A stretch of DNA of 64,000 nt from Psammoneis japonica (Eukaryota), in contig QPGO01000101.1 in assembly GCA_008632985.1 (NCBI GenBank), positions 62,001-126,000 on the forward strand, written 5' to 3'. This document shows positions 46,843-59,166 of this stretch, one piece after another. A program made the position numbers and the translations under genes. The stretch's first letter is position 1, and each line of letters begins with the position of its first letter. The notes under the pieces were generated by a model, which was given only the letters and a program-made list of their open reading frames with translations, had not been told where the DNA came from and ran no database searches.

Positions 46843-48601
46843 TGTTTGTATGCCACTTCTTCTTGTTCAGAGCCGATTGCTTTATCGTCTCTACTCGAGT
46901 GTTGTTTTTGAGATATTGTGTCTCTCTTCACGACTTAAGACGGGTCTCTTCCGCAATAGCAACCACAGAAAGAACAGGGTTCTCATGATGGGGCGACACG
47001 AGGCTTCTCATCACCAACACCAACATGAATGACCATCGCGTTTTTGATGCTTGCATTTCTAGGCTTGCGCGAACACGTTATTTGCGCGTTATTATTGACA
47101 AGGTCTGTCAATCTTCCGACTCAACCTGTCGACACGGGCATGTTGTTCGGGATGATGCCAACAACTCTCTCCATCCTTTCTCGTCTCCATGCTTTCTCTT
47201 TTGAGAGCAATGGCATTGTAGGCAGAGAGCTGCTCGTAAAACCAATCTCTAAACACAGGCATCTCGTTTGTGTGTGCCTGTCATAAGAAAGAATGAGTCG
47301 CCTTTTTCAGTTTCCAGATTCGACGAAAGAACAGAGCCTGCAACAATCCTTCACCTGTTTTTGTTGTCTTTTTTCTGTTGTCGCATGTCCATGTTCCTTC
47401 ACGACCCAAAGAGGCAAAGGTTTTTTTTATGCAGTGACGCATTGCCCATGCGGCATGCATCTCCATGAAGCGGAAAGCCTCCATCAAAAGTTGCGCAGGT
47501 TGCTCTCCGAAAATGCTCGTTTCCAAACAATTCAAAGTCTGATTCGCACTGCTTGTCCACTAGGAGTCGAACAGCAATGGGGTCAAAAACCAGCTGTTGA
47601 CATTGTGGCACATGTTTCCCACCGACGATTGGCCTCGACAACGTCATGCGTCTGCTGTTGCTGCGCGCATTGAGAGCTGCGCAGGTTGGCAAAACAACTG
47701 CTTCGTCATTCAAAAATTGCAATGTACATGCCGCTCTGCCTTGATGTTGTTTGACACCTGTCCCAATCGTCATGACTCTCAACTGCGTATTTTGTGTGCC
47801 CGCCGCTCAAAAAATAAATCGTTGCCCTTTTTGTTGAGAATGTTGGTGTCTGCTGTCTGCACGACGCGTTTCTCTCTCGTCATTCTCCTCCTAGAGTCCA
47901 CGCTCATTCCATTGAAAACTAGTTGCACACATTTCAAGGAACACGCATGCACACACATGTCTGCAACAGCATTCATTGCATGTTGAATGTGACCCATGAA
48001 AGCTTCGCCATGGCCGCGACACTGCCGGCATGTACGAAACCAGGCCTGCGGGGAGCATTGACCACTTGTCTTTCTTTTTGTGGGTGTGGGTGTGTGCCGT
48101 TGCATGCTGCATTGCCTGTGCGTGTGCAGGGCCCTGCCGCCGGGGCCGGCACTGTGGCGGCTGAGTGGCGTGGCCACCGCACCGGTGATGCGGATGACCG
48201 TTGTGTTTGATGTCTCATGCCATTTTTGGGGCTCTGCAGCGAGGTGCACGGATGCTCTTTTTTTTCCAATTTATGCCATGATGGCGCATCGCACAAACCA
48301 ACTCATTGTTCGATGTGTTTTCCCAAATGTGACTGTTTTGTGTAGAATTCACGATCAATTGTCTTTGTTCACAAATGAGTGCATTTTTCAACATGCCACG
48401 CCGGCAATCCCAATTTTTGAGAACTTTCAAGCTCTCCTGAAAAACCGTGCCACGCACCCGTCGTAGGGAATTTATCGATTTTTTAGGATGTCCCCACGAC
48501 CTCTCATGTCCTCAATGATCATTCTGCGAATCCAAAGAATTCATCTGTGCTGAACAACCCATCCCGTTCCAAAATCCGAGGGACACACTTTCAAATTCAG
48601 A

Positions 48602-48674
48602 CGGACTGCCCGACTGCCCGACCCCCCAACCCCCCGACTGCCCGACCCCCCAACCCCCCGACTGCCGGACCGAC
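48602..48674. repeat. C-rich 8-bp-unit tandem repeat (ccgactgc/ccgacccc/ccaacccc) with 24-bp higher-order period
   Basis: ccgactgcccgaccccccaacccc is repeated twice, with partial flanking units. Confidence 0.85.
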
Positions 48675-50272
48675 ATGAAAAAGTCTGCAATCACCAACCA
48701 CTGAGTGGTCAATGAAAATGCCGCACTCTCAACTGTTCTGCAGAAGATTTCCAGTCTGTCTGTCCATCCGTGTCTCAATGTCAACTTCTCGTGGGAAATC
48801 AATCATTGAGATGTTGCCGGCATTTGGTCAAAGGGTGTTGCTCTTTGCCATGCAAATGTCCATGATCATGCAAGCTTGACAGCCCACAACCCCCACATGC
48901 ACAGGGACACAGAGCGATTTGCCCCACTTGTTTCACCCCAACAACAAAGCTCTGCCCACATGGCCCGCCGCCCACAGCGCGTTTGTCTGGAGTGGCCTGC
49001 TTGAGCAAAACAACCCTTTGGAGAAATGCCTGTTGAGAGCAAACAAATGACAGCTCAAGTGTTTGTCAACAAGGGTGGCCATGTGATCCTCCCACAAACA
49101 TGTGTGGCGCCACTTTGTTTGGCAAGCGAATCTTTCTGCTGGCGACGTGCCCCACCCACGTCTTTCAACTGGGCAACTTTGTTGTCACTTTGTTGGCATG
49201 GAAAGGTTGGCTGTTGGGAGACAAGGGGAGACAGAGATGGAAACAAGTGGGGCAAGCACCAAGCAACAGCAACAAACTGAGACAAAGCCAAAACACGATG
49301 CACGGTGCTCAGGACAGCAGTGCAAGCATTCAAGAAGCACTGCACCCTCCTGGGCACTGCAGCTCCAATTTCACACTGGTGACATGGGGGGGTTGTTTGA
49401 GTGACAAAAAGTTTCAATGCACCATGCAACAGAAAGCTGGTCGCAGCTCTTTGATGCATTGTCTTGGTGTTGCCTCATTTGCCCACACGTCTCTCTGTCT
49501 GTTTTGTCCCCATTTGTCCTCTGCATCTTTTTGTATCTCCAGGTGCCTCCATTTGGTTTTCTCCTCAACAAATTGACAGCTTGGCAATACAATCAATGTC
49601 CGCTTTGATGCTGAGTCACCAAACAACCAGCTGGCACTGCAAAAGTGCACGCAGGGACATTTGCAGAGAATCATTTGTCAAATGCAAAAAAATTGGGTGT
49701 CCACTCATCAAATGTTTGTTTGTCATCATTTGTCTTTTGCAAATGAAAAAATTCTCACTCACTGAAACATTGCAAAATGCTGCATGTCCCAGGAGACACT
49801 GGGCCAGAACCAACTGTTTGCCAACCCAACTTTTGTCTGTCTGTCCATGCGAGCTGTTGCCACCGGCAAGTTCTTGGCCACAATCACTGGAGCTCAAGGC
49901 TCGACAACAGTTGTGTGCTGTGAATGTTGCAAGGCCATGCCAAGCTCCTTTTGGCACAGGGTTGGCCATTGAGAAGCTGGTGTCCCCTCCTGTGCACCAG
50001 AGAGTGTGGATTTCCTTGCTGCGAGTTGTCCAGTTGCGCAGTGGATGTCCAGGTTGAAGGTGACGTGCTGGACGACACGGCTTCAAAACACAGTTCAACT
50101 TTCATCCTTCACAGTTTAAGTCTGTTGCATGAGATTCAAGATTAATGACAATCAACACGCGACACTGAACTGCTGTCTGTCATCTACCGAACCGGGGAAA
50201 AATATGGTTCAAAATACAAAGTTATTGCGTAACATTTATCTCTTATGTATGTAGCCCCTAGCACTCGAAAAC

Positions 50273-51718
50273 CTATAATTTGACACCAGTGCATATCCCT
50301 GGCGACTGACCGAGGTCCTGGGCCGCGGGAAAGCCCGGAGGAATGTGCTTCTTGATGCAGCATCCGAAAACACTGGAAAGTGGCCTCCAATCTGGGTTGA
50401 CTGCATTGTACCCGTCACATTCCGACATGGCACTGCACATGTCTTGGCAAACGGGATAGGCATCAGCGAGCTTTCGTGCAAAACCAAGAGGAATGCAAGG
50501 AGTAACAAGGTCATTGCCAAAAATAGCTGTCGACGGATATGGATGATAGTTAGCCTGAGGAGTTGGGCAAGACGATGAAGCAGAATCTTTGATGCCACTC
50601 GACATATTTTGTTTAGAAGATTGCGACGGAACAGTGTCCTTCAAAAAACAAATACTGCGGCGGCCTTCCAGTGTGAAGGCTTTGCATGAAGGGTGTGCAG
50701 TACAAAGGTCCTTGCATTCTGCAACAGCATCATCAAAAGCCATGTCCAATGGAATGCCAATAAAATCACCCCCAAACAAGTCCTTCCCTTCGAGCAATGT
50801 GAATCCACAGGACGGCAGAACAGATGGTGTTGGTTGAGGGGTGGGAGTCGGGCGAAGTGAAGGTTGAGGAGTCGAACCAGGGCTTGGTGGAGGAGAAGGT
50901 TCAGGAGTCAGAGGTACTCCGGGACCAGTTCCTTGACTTCCTTGATCAATGGTGCTGCTCTTGGGATCGTCATTATTTCCAAGAACGAGCACCATTGCGA
51001 TTGTGACTCCTACAGCCACCATAACCAATAGAATCCCTCCACCAACCATGTAGATCCTTCGAATGTCCCTTCTACTTGCCAAGTCTTCGCTTGGAGAGGC
51101 GGCTACTAGCACCGGCTGTTCTCGCCATTCTTCTCCTGAGTCGACTACTCTAGCGCTCAACAAGATTTCAGTGTCTCCACCCCGATTATCAGAAGACGGT
51201 TGCGATTCATAAGTGGCGGCATCGGGTGGTGACGTGGGACTGCCTCCAGGTCCTTGTACGGCTACAGCGCCAGGTCGACGAGGAACCTCTGTGGTGGCTA
51301 CTTGCGAAACAGTACGAGACGCAATGCCGGTTGGTTGAGCGGTGGCTTCGTCTGATGAGACGCCTGTGTTTGGCGTTTCACTCGACTCGTGCTCCTTTGC
51401 ATAAATTATAGGTGTTCTTTGGACCGCTTCGTCTCCTGGTGCAGCACAGAAAATACCGGCTACCATATGGTCGCCTGCTGTGCTCGGTGGTGGGTTACCG
51501 GACGATGGAAGCTCTTGTGCTGCCTTTTCTTCCTTGCCGTCTCTCTGTGTGCGTTTCGTGGCCTGTTTACGTTTCAAGGCGTGTTCTTTTTTTTTATTCA
51601 TCCACAGGACATGTCTTGAAGTGCCTTCTTCCGTCTCATCTCGAGATGACTTGTTAGACGACTCGTTCATCTCTGCATCCCCACAATCAGGCGCCTTTGC
51701 ATTGCTTTCAGAAGCCAT
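50273..51718 (-). CDS. PAN/apple membrane protein, paralog 2, 481 aa
   Basis: Full-length homology to 45232-46842; intact ORF. Confidence 0.88.
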   Translation of the reverse strand: MASESNAKAPDCGDAEMNESSNKSSRDETEEGTSRHVLWMNKKKEHALKRKQATKRTQRDGKEEKAAQELPSSGNPPPSTAGDHMVAGIFCAAPGDEAVQRTPIIYAKEHESSETPNTGVSSDEATAQPTGIASRTVSQVATTEVPRRPGAVAVQGPGGSPTSPPDAATYESQPSSDNRGGDTEILLSARVVDSGEEWREQPVLVAASPSEDLASRRDIRRIYMVGGGILLVMVAVGVTIAMVLVLGNNDDPKSSTIDQGSQGTGPGVPLTPEPSPPPSPGSTPQPSLRPTPTPQPTPSVLPSCGFTLLEGKDLFGGDFIGIPLDMAFDDAVAECKDLCTAHPSCKAFTLEGRRSICFLKDTVPSQSSKQNMSSGIKDSASSSCPTPQANYHPYPSTAIFGNDLVTPCIPLGFARKLADAYPVCQDMCSAMSECDGYNAVNPDWRPLSSVFGCCIKKHIPPGFPAAQDLGQSPGICTGVKL

Positions 51719-52299
51719 TGTATCTTTTTCGTGCCACTTTCTTCAGAGCAGATTGCTTATCGTCGCTTCTCGAGATTGTTTCTCTTGCTTCTATTGTGCA
51801 CATAAGTTCCACCACGACTCCATCGAAGAAATGAATGAGACAAGGCGCAACAAGAGATGAGAGGAGTACGCACAGTTCTCATTCGCGTCCACAGAGCGAC
51901 ACCATGACTGACTATTGCGTTTTTGCGATTTATCTGCAATCCGCTTGATGTGCTCGCGTCGCGCAGGCTATCGCGTACAGTGCCGTTGGTTGTTGCCGTG
52001 CGTCAGGTGTTCATTTGATTGGACGCATCGCTGAACGGCCGTGTCTCATTCTCGTCATGAACAAGGATTTAAGACAAAACATTCGACGCTTCAATGATTG
52101 ACGACATGCATCATGTTTTTCAATCTCAAGCAAAGAGAAGGACATCCACAGCACTCTTGGGTTTCATTTGGATGTGTTCATCACCCCCAAATGAACCAGG
52201 AGGGCCTTGGTGGCACCCATGAAAGTGTCACAAAATGTCTTGCCAGGGTCACACTCATCACGCAACGGCACTTGTGGACTGCAAATGGCCAGGTGCAAC

Positions 52300-54200
52300 A
52301 GGCTGAGAGCATGCAATGTTGTAAAACTCACCGCCATCAGCAGCAACACATTCTGTCTTGTGCTTGTTGTCTTCATGCTTTGTTGCCTGGTTCTTCTTGA
52401 TGAGCCGGCAAAGCTGAAGATGTGACTCAGCGGCATTTTCATTCACTGTGATTGGGAGTGAGTTTGCACAAACTGGCCACTCTCCTCTCCAGATCTTTGT
52501 CATTTTTGAAGCTGACACCACATCATCTTGACGGAAAAGAAGTGGCACGTCGTGTTCACAGATCAAGGTGAGCGATTGATGCTGGGGGTGTGGGCTGGCT
52601 TTTTGCCAGAGTCACAGGGTGGAATCCTGGCAGCACTTTGAACAGAGAGCTGAGGCCTTTCTTTGTTTCATGCCAATGTCAAAGAGCATCTGGGGATCTG
52701 AGGGCATTGCAATGTGCTCAATGAGTGCACCAGCAAAGTTGTTGCAGGCGCCAAAAACCCCAAGTCTGGACAAGAGACCCAGAGACTCAACCCACCCTTG
52801 CTTGACATGATGGCATTTGATCAACAGCTGAGTGCTGTGGATGACTCTTAAGGTGCACAGCATGCAGCAGTGCACCCAACCAATGCATGGCAGGAAAACA
52901 CAAAGAGCACAACAATGCCTGAGCCATGATGCTGAAGGTGTTGTTGAGTGTCTCCACTCACACATTTCACCAAGCAACATCTGAGCCTGCAGATTCAACA
53001 AACACAGCATGCTTGAAACACACCTTGCAAAATTCAAAAGGAGCCAACTGTTGGCTGTTCCTGCCATGGCATGCAACAAATGCACCCACCAAGAAGTGTG
53101 CCAGGGGCTTCTTGCTGGGAGCAAGAGGAGCCCATGTGCGTGGCTGGTTTCAGCATCCACAACAAGAAGGCAAGAGCCACATCCATCCTGAGATTGTGCA
53201 CTGCACTCATTTTTCTTTGGCAGGTGTTTGGATCAATGATTTTTGCACTTGGGGGGTTTGGCTCTGCACACAGTTTGGTCCAAGGCACGCATGAACACCC
53301 AAAATCCATGCAAAACTGCACTGCAGGAGCTGGGTGCACATCCTCTTGGACAGGTCACACAGGCACTTGATGGTGTGTGGCATGCAGCATTGGAGATGTC
53401 ACAAGTGTGGCATTGACATGTGGTGCAGTCTCATGGACCAGGGAGACACCGGTCACATGTCAACAGCGGTGTGGCATTTGATGTGTGCATTCGAGGGTTT
53501 GCAAGGCAGTCACACCAGACTTTGTTGGTGGCAACCTGCCTGAAAGAACTCAGCTGTAAATCCACAGAATGCACACTGGCAGTCACCTGTGGAGGAAAAT
53601 CCTTGGTGAGGTCTGTGGCTGCTCTGGGAAGTGAGGTGCACCAAACATTCAGGGATGACAGGGCATGCATTGTGAAGGCACAAAGGGCACCATTGAGTTC
53701 CACAGTTTTGTCAGCCAGGGGGAGAACGTCAGGGGACAGGTGTGAGGCACAAATTGCAGGCCTTTGGTGTGCACTTTTGGAAGTGCAGAAACAGATGTCA
53801 AGGTTGCTCTTGCATGGGCAAGTGTTCCACAGCTCACATCCACATGCAATGTGATCATGTGTCACATCCATGCAACATGATGTGTGGTGTTGGATGTGTT
53901 GCTTGGTGGATGGATGAACAATGGAACATGTCATCTGGACAGGCAAGAGTCTCTCCCAGACAAGAGCAGCAGAACATTGGGATGTTGCAAACTTTGTTGT
54001 TGTTGATGTCATGTGTGACAAAAAAACCAATGCGCCAGATGCCTTGACACTCTGGTCTAGAGCAGCAGAGCCCTGATGCCGCCCTCGCAGATTTGAGTCA
54101 ATGATGCCATTGATGATCAGCGAGGCAGTGATGGTGGCTGGGCACCCCTGACCAGCAACTCAAGCTGGCAAGTCTGGTGTGAGATTCTAAATGCAAGAAC
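52300..54200 (-). mobile_element. Heavily decayed Ty1/Copia pol remnant (protease/pre-integrase/integrase region)
   Basis: Minus-strand fragments in Copia order: QFCMDFG (~53320), SQDGCGSCLLVVDAET (~53190), W..LAPSKKP, ALLHAVHLK...HSA and LGVFG (~52760). These become typical integrase motifs (DGY.SYLLVVD, ALLHAVYL.N) when C/H are reverted to Y. Ends are approximate. Confidence 0.65.
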
Positions 54201-56320
54201 AGAGAGACATTGGCAAAAAGGCAGCATCATGTTTGAGTGCCACTGCTGCAGTCACAGGATCAGCTGGAATGGGCATCACCAGAAAGTGGCGCCCCACCAA
54301 GATGACTGAAAAGGAATGATTCACACAAGGCATTTGTTGCATGCTTGTTGACAGCAGCCACAGAAGGCATGCCACAACTGCAACGGACAATCGCACTTGG
54401 GTTTTTAAAACAGTCCACAAAAGGAGCCTTGAAGGCAAGAAGAGCAGTTCATTGGAGAAAACATTCATGGCACCTGGAAACAATGCCAGGTCTTGCATGG
54501 AAAACCCCATGGCAGAAGCAAATGGATGACAATCAAATGGCACCACAGGATGACTTGTGTTCACCACAAAAAGAGCAAAGTGCTTGATTGCATGGCAGAG
54601 AAGAGAAGCGGGGTTGAAGACTGATTGGCAAGAATGAAAGCAGTCCGGAAAAGTGACAAACAGATGTTCAGTGGTGACACGTGGAAACAACACCAGATCT
54701 TGCACAGAAAAGCCAATGGGAGTGGCAAATGGATGACAATCAAATGACTCCGAAGGACAACTGACACTTTTGCTGAAAAGGGCCACAACAGAAGTGGTGC
54801 TTGCACCACAAAGAGTGAAGGACTTGATTGCATGGCAAGGAAAAGAGGCAGCATTGAAGACCAATTGGCAAGGACAAAAGTGGTCTGGGGAAGTGATGTG
54901 CAGCACTGGAACCTGTGTAGAAAATTTTCTGAGACAACAGAAAATTGCAAGAAATGACAACCAGCATGCAAACCAACCGGCTGCAACACTCGTCATTTTC
55001 CACTGATGAACTTTGCTCATCATGCTGCAATGAGGATGCACCATTGGCAAAGGTGGACAGAATGGGCTTGTTGGGGCCAAATCAACACCATCTGCGAAGA
55101 GCAACATCAGTGTGAGAAGGTGCATGGAAACCCATGCAGAAGCTGAGGGCATGCAGCTGATGTCAAAAAGTGTGACTTGCCCAGAAGAGATGGGGAGTCA
55201 TCATCTGGTGAAGAACATGGAGTCCAAGGAGCTCAGGCTGATTCTCGCAGGTCACACAGGAGGACATCTGGAGTGTGCCCAATTGGGAAGTTTGTCACAA
55301 CCTGGGGTGTTGGCAATGAAGCTGCAGCCTGTCAAGGGAGGGATTGGATCATCAGCAAAAGGCAGAGGCATGTCAGTGCCCCAACCATCTGTGCCCTGCT
55401 GTTGTTTGGAAGCCACTTGCTGCCAGTTGGTGAGGACCAAAGCTCTGGCTTGTGGAGTTTGTTGGTTTGATTGACAGACCCAATGCAGTCTCCTTCAACA
55501 TGAAATCAACCACCTCACCCACAACATCAGACAAAAAATGTCAAGCAGCAGGGCACACATGCATGATCCCATGTTGCCCTCAGCATCAGCAATGAAAGCA
55601 TCAGCCCAGCCAGCAAGTGCAGCAAGTTTGTCATCCAGGGCATCCAAGAGCTGTTTGCAGTGCAACACTCCAACATCTCAAGCACCATGACTTGCACAAT
55701 TGTGTCAAAAATGAAGATGTCATGTCACTTTCTCAAGATGCCAGCCAGACCCAGATCATGTCAGCGAGCATGTTTTTTAAGTTGAGGGCACCAGCCTTCT
55801 TCCATCTGGTCTGGACAGTGTCCATCATTGCCCCCCACACAGCCCACCCATTGGACACTTTTCAACAAGATCAAAAAGAACATTGAGACCTGGTCAGTGG
55901 GCCTGCTCCTTGGCGTCACAAGGCCATGCTCCATTTCTTTTGTGAAGGGTTGAATGTTGAATGGCCAGTGTTCCCTCCTGTGCACCAGATGGCATGGATT
56001 TCTTCACTTCAAGTTGTCCAGTTGCATTGACCAGATTCTGGTTTAGTTGCATTTTGTGAACAATTGACCAAAAACTGCATTGTTGCTCCTTTAGCAGAGC
56101 ATCTCTGCTTGCACTTTGTCTGGGGGGAGAGTGGAGTGGACGTCCAGGAGATGTGCTGGAAGACGCAAAATAAAATTCAGCTTTCATCGTGCACAGTTTT
56201 TAGTCTGTTGCATGAGGTTCAAGATGAGTGACAATCAATGCGCAACATTCAACTTTGCCAACTGTTGTGCACCGAACCGGGGCAAAGATGTGTCAAAATG
56301 CACAATTGAACTAACAATTC

Positions 56321-56402
56321 ATCTCTTCTCGATAGCCCCCGCAGCACTCGAGAAAACAAAATTTGACACCACTGTATGTCCCTGGCGACTGACCAAGGTC
56401 CT
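56321..56402 (-). pseudogene. 3'-terminal fragment of a fourth PAN-gene copy
   Basis: aaatttgacaccactgtatgtccctggcgactgaccaaggtcct duplicates the gene 3' end. Its flank (~55960-56320) matches the flank of paralog 2 (~49985-50270). Confidence 0.75.
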
Positions 56403-56503
56403 CTAGTAGACTTTGCTAACTATTATCTGTTGGCGTTAAGATGTTTCTTAATACGCAATTGCGCGGTATGTATCTCTTCTCGTATAGCCTCGTGCTCGAG
56501 AAC

Positions 56504-57856
56504 CTAAATTTTGACGCCACTGTACATCCCTGGCGACTGACCGAGGTCCTGGGCCGTGGGAAACCCCTGCGGAACTTGATTCTTGATGCAGCATCCGAAA
56601 ACGCTGAAATTTGGACTCGCATCTGGATCGACTGCACTGTACCCGGCACATTCCGACATGGCACTGCACATGTCTTGGCAAACGGGGTATGCATCATCGA
56701 GCGATCGTGCAAAACCAAGAGGAATGCAAGGAAGAAAACGGTCATTGCCAAATATATCTGTGGACGGATATGGGGAATAGTTAGCCTGAGGGGATGGGCA
56801 AGACGATGATCCTTTGATGCCACTCGTCATTCCTTGTGTAGAAGATTCCGATGGAACATTGTCCTTCAAAAAACAAAGATTGCGGCTGCCATCCATTGTA
56901 AAGGCTTTGCATTCGGGGTGTGCAGCACAAAGGTCCTTGCATTCTTCAACAGCATTGTCAAAAGCCATGTCCAATGGAATACCAATAAAGTCACCTCCAA
57001 ACAAGTCCTTCCCTTCGAGCACTGTGAATCCGCAGGACAAAAGAGGGGTAGGCCGAGGCGTGGGCGAATTTCCTTGATCAACAGTGCTGCTCGCGGTATC
57101 GTCATTGTCCCCAAGAACGAGCACAGCTGCGATTGTGACTCCTGCAGTCACCACCAACGCCAATAGAATGGCTCCAGCAATTATGCAGATCCTTCGGGTG
57201 TCCTTTCTACTTGCCATGTCTTCGATTGGAGAGGCGACTAGCCTTCCTACTAGCTCCGGTTGTTCTCGCCGTTCTTTTCCTGAACCTACTGCTCCAGCGC
57301 TCATCAAGATTTTGGTGTCGCCACCCCGATTGTCAGGAAGCGGTGGTTGCTCAATATCGGGGGCAGCCGGTGGTGGCTTGTGCCGTGGCATGGGAGGTGG
57401 CATGGGACTGCGCCCTGGTGCTTGCACGGCTACGGCGCCAACTCCGCGAGGATTTCGAGATGCAACGCCTGCTGGTTGAGCTCCAGCGGCGGCAGTTTCA
57501 CCCAATGAGACGCCCACATCTGGTACGGCACGAGAAATGCCGGCTGCCGATTGGTCGCCTGCTGAGCTCGGTGGTGGTTCACCGGACAATGGAAGCTCTT
57601 GTGCTACCTTCTCTTTCTTGCAGTCTCTCTGTTTGCATTCCATTGCTTGTTCATGTTTCAAGGCATCTTTTTCGGTACTATTCATCCATGGGTTATGGTT
57701 TGGAGACTCGTCCGCCTTGTCATTTTGTGTCGACTTGCATGGCTTCGAATCATCGTCATTATGTTTCTTGACTATCTCAATTCCATGATTAGACGAGAAC
57801 GCTCTCGTCTCTGATTCCTCACCCGCAGGCGACTTTTCACCATTGTCAGAAGCCAT
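56504..57856 (-). CDS. PAN/apple membrane protein, paralog 3, 450 aa
   Basis: Full-length homology to the other two paralogs, with a shorter Pro/Thr stalk; intact ORF. Confidence 0.88.
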   Translation of the reverse strand: MASDNGEKSPAGEESETRAFSSNHGIEIVKKHNDDDSKPCKSTQNDKADESPNHNPWMNSTEKDALKHEQAMECKQRDCKKEKVAQELPLSGEPPPSSAGDQSAAGISRAVPDVGVSLGETAAAGAQPAGVASRNPRGVGAVAVQAPGRSPMPPPMPRHKPPPAAPDIEQPPLPDNRGGDTKILMSAGAVGSGKERREQPELVGRLVASPIEDMASRKDTRRICIIAGAILLALVVTAGVTIAAVLVLGDNDDTASSTVDQGNSPTPRPTPLLSCGFTVLEGKDLFGGDFIGIPLDMAFDNAVEECKDLCAAHPECKAFTMDGSRNLCFLKDNVPSESSTQGMTSGIKGSSSCPSPQANYSPYPSTDIFGNDRFLPCIPLGFARSLDDAYPVCQDMCSAMSECAGYSAVDPDASPNFSVFGCCIKNQVPQGFPTAQDLGQSPGMYSGVKI

Positions 57857-59118
57857 TGCGGTTTTGTGCCACTGTCTTAATCCGAGCCGATTGCGGTATC
57901 GTCGCTACTCAAGTGTTGTTGTCGATATGACTGTGAAAATGAGACGAGGCAGGCGAGCGACGAGCGAAACGCATGATTTTCATTCTCGTCCAATAATAGC
58001 AACCGTAGAAGGAATAGGGTTGTAATGATTTGAGTGACACGAGGCTTCTCATCACACCAACAACATGAATGACCATCGCGTTTTTGCTTGCATGTTCCTG
58101 TGCTTGCGCGAACGCGTTATTTTCGCGTTATTGTTGATAGGGTCTGTCAATCGTCCGACTCGGCCATGCAAGTCGACTACGGATACCAACTCTCCATCCT
58201 TTCTCGTAGCCACTTTCTCGTCTCAATGAGTTTACTCACAAAACCAATCTCGCAACGTAGGCGTCTTGTGTGTATGTGCTGTTTGTAATATAAGAACGAA
58301 TGAATCACTTTTCTTCATTTTTCAGATTCGACGACAAAAAATGAGTCCGTGACAGTGTGCTTCATCTGTTGTTTTTGTTGTCTTTTCCTTTCATGTCGGA
58401 CATCCATCTTCCTTCACGACGTCCCAAAAAAAAAGGCAAAACTTTCTTTTCTTTGAAGCAATGTATATTTCCTTCATAGAGTACAAGATGCTCTTGGAAA
58501 GAACACTCGTTTCCAAACAAATTGATCCACAACGCAGGCGTACTTTTCTGTCGACCCGTATCCAAGCAGCGACAATTTAAAAAAAACACCACCGCTTGAA
58601 GTCGTCGTGCATGTCTCGTCCATGCCTCTCGACTATACCATTGCGTCGTACATTACACCGGCAGCTGCTATGGTACACTACCATACGTGCGTTGAGATTT
58701 GCCGGTTGGCAGAACTGCATCTTCTTTTTATTTGTCATGCACCATACACTGTTGTTCCTTGATGCTCTTTGGCACCCATCCCGACTGGCTTGTCATGGAT
58801 ACTACTGCACAACAACAGCAACAATAACAACACAATGTCATATCAATGATGCATGACACAAACGCCCCACTTCCAACTTGTGAACACTGAACACACAACA
58901 TGAAAAAACCTGCTCGTTGCACGGTTTTTGGGTTATGGGCTGTTGAGCTTTCCCAGTCATGGATTTGGTGGCGGTTTACTAATGCGGGATTCCCGACCAC
59001 TCTTCATCCGCGCTCTTTGAAACGGGTGTCGTGCTGTGTCCGTGTTACCCTGTGCGGCATGAACATGATGTGCGGATGCTGATGAGTCGTGCTGTGCGCT
59101 GAGCCCTGTTATTTACAC

Positions 59119-59125
59119 TATAAAA
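59119..59125 (+). promoter_or_regulatory. TATA box
   Basis: tataaaa about 42-48 bp upstream of the ATG at 59167. Confidence 0.45.
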
Positions 59126-59166
59126 CTCTGAGAGAGCCGTCGCACACACACTGCAACACCCACAAC

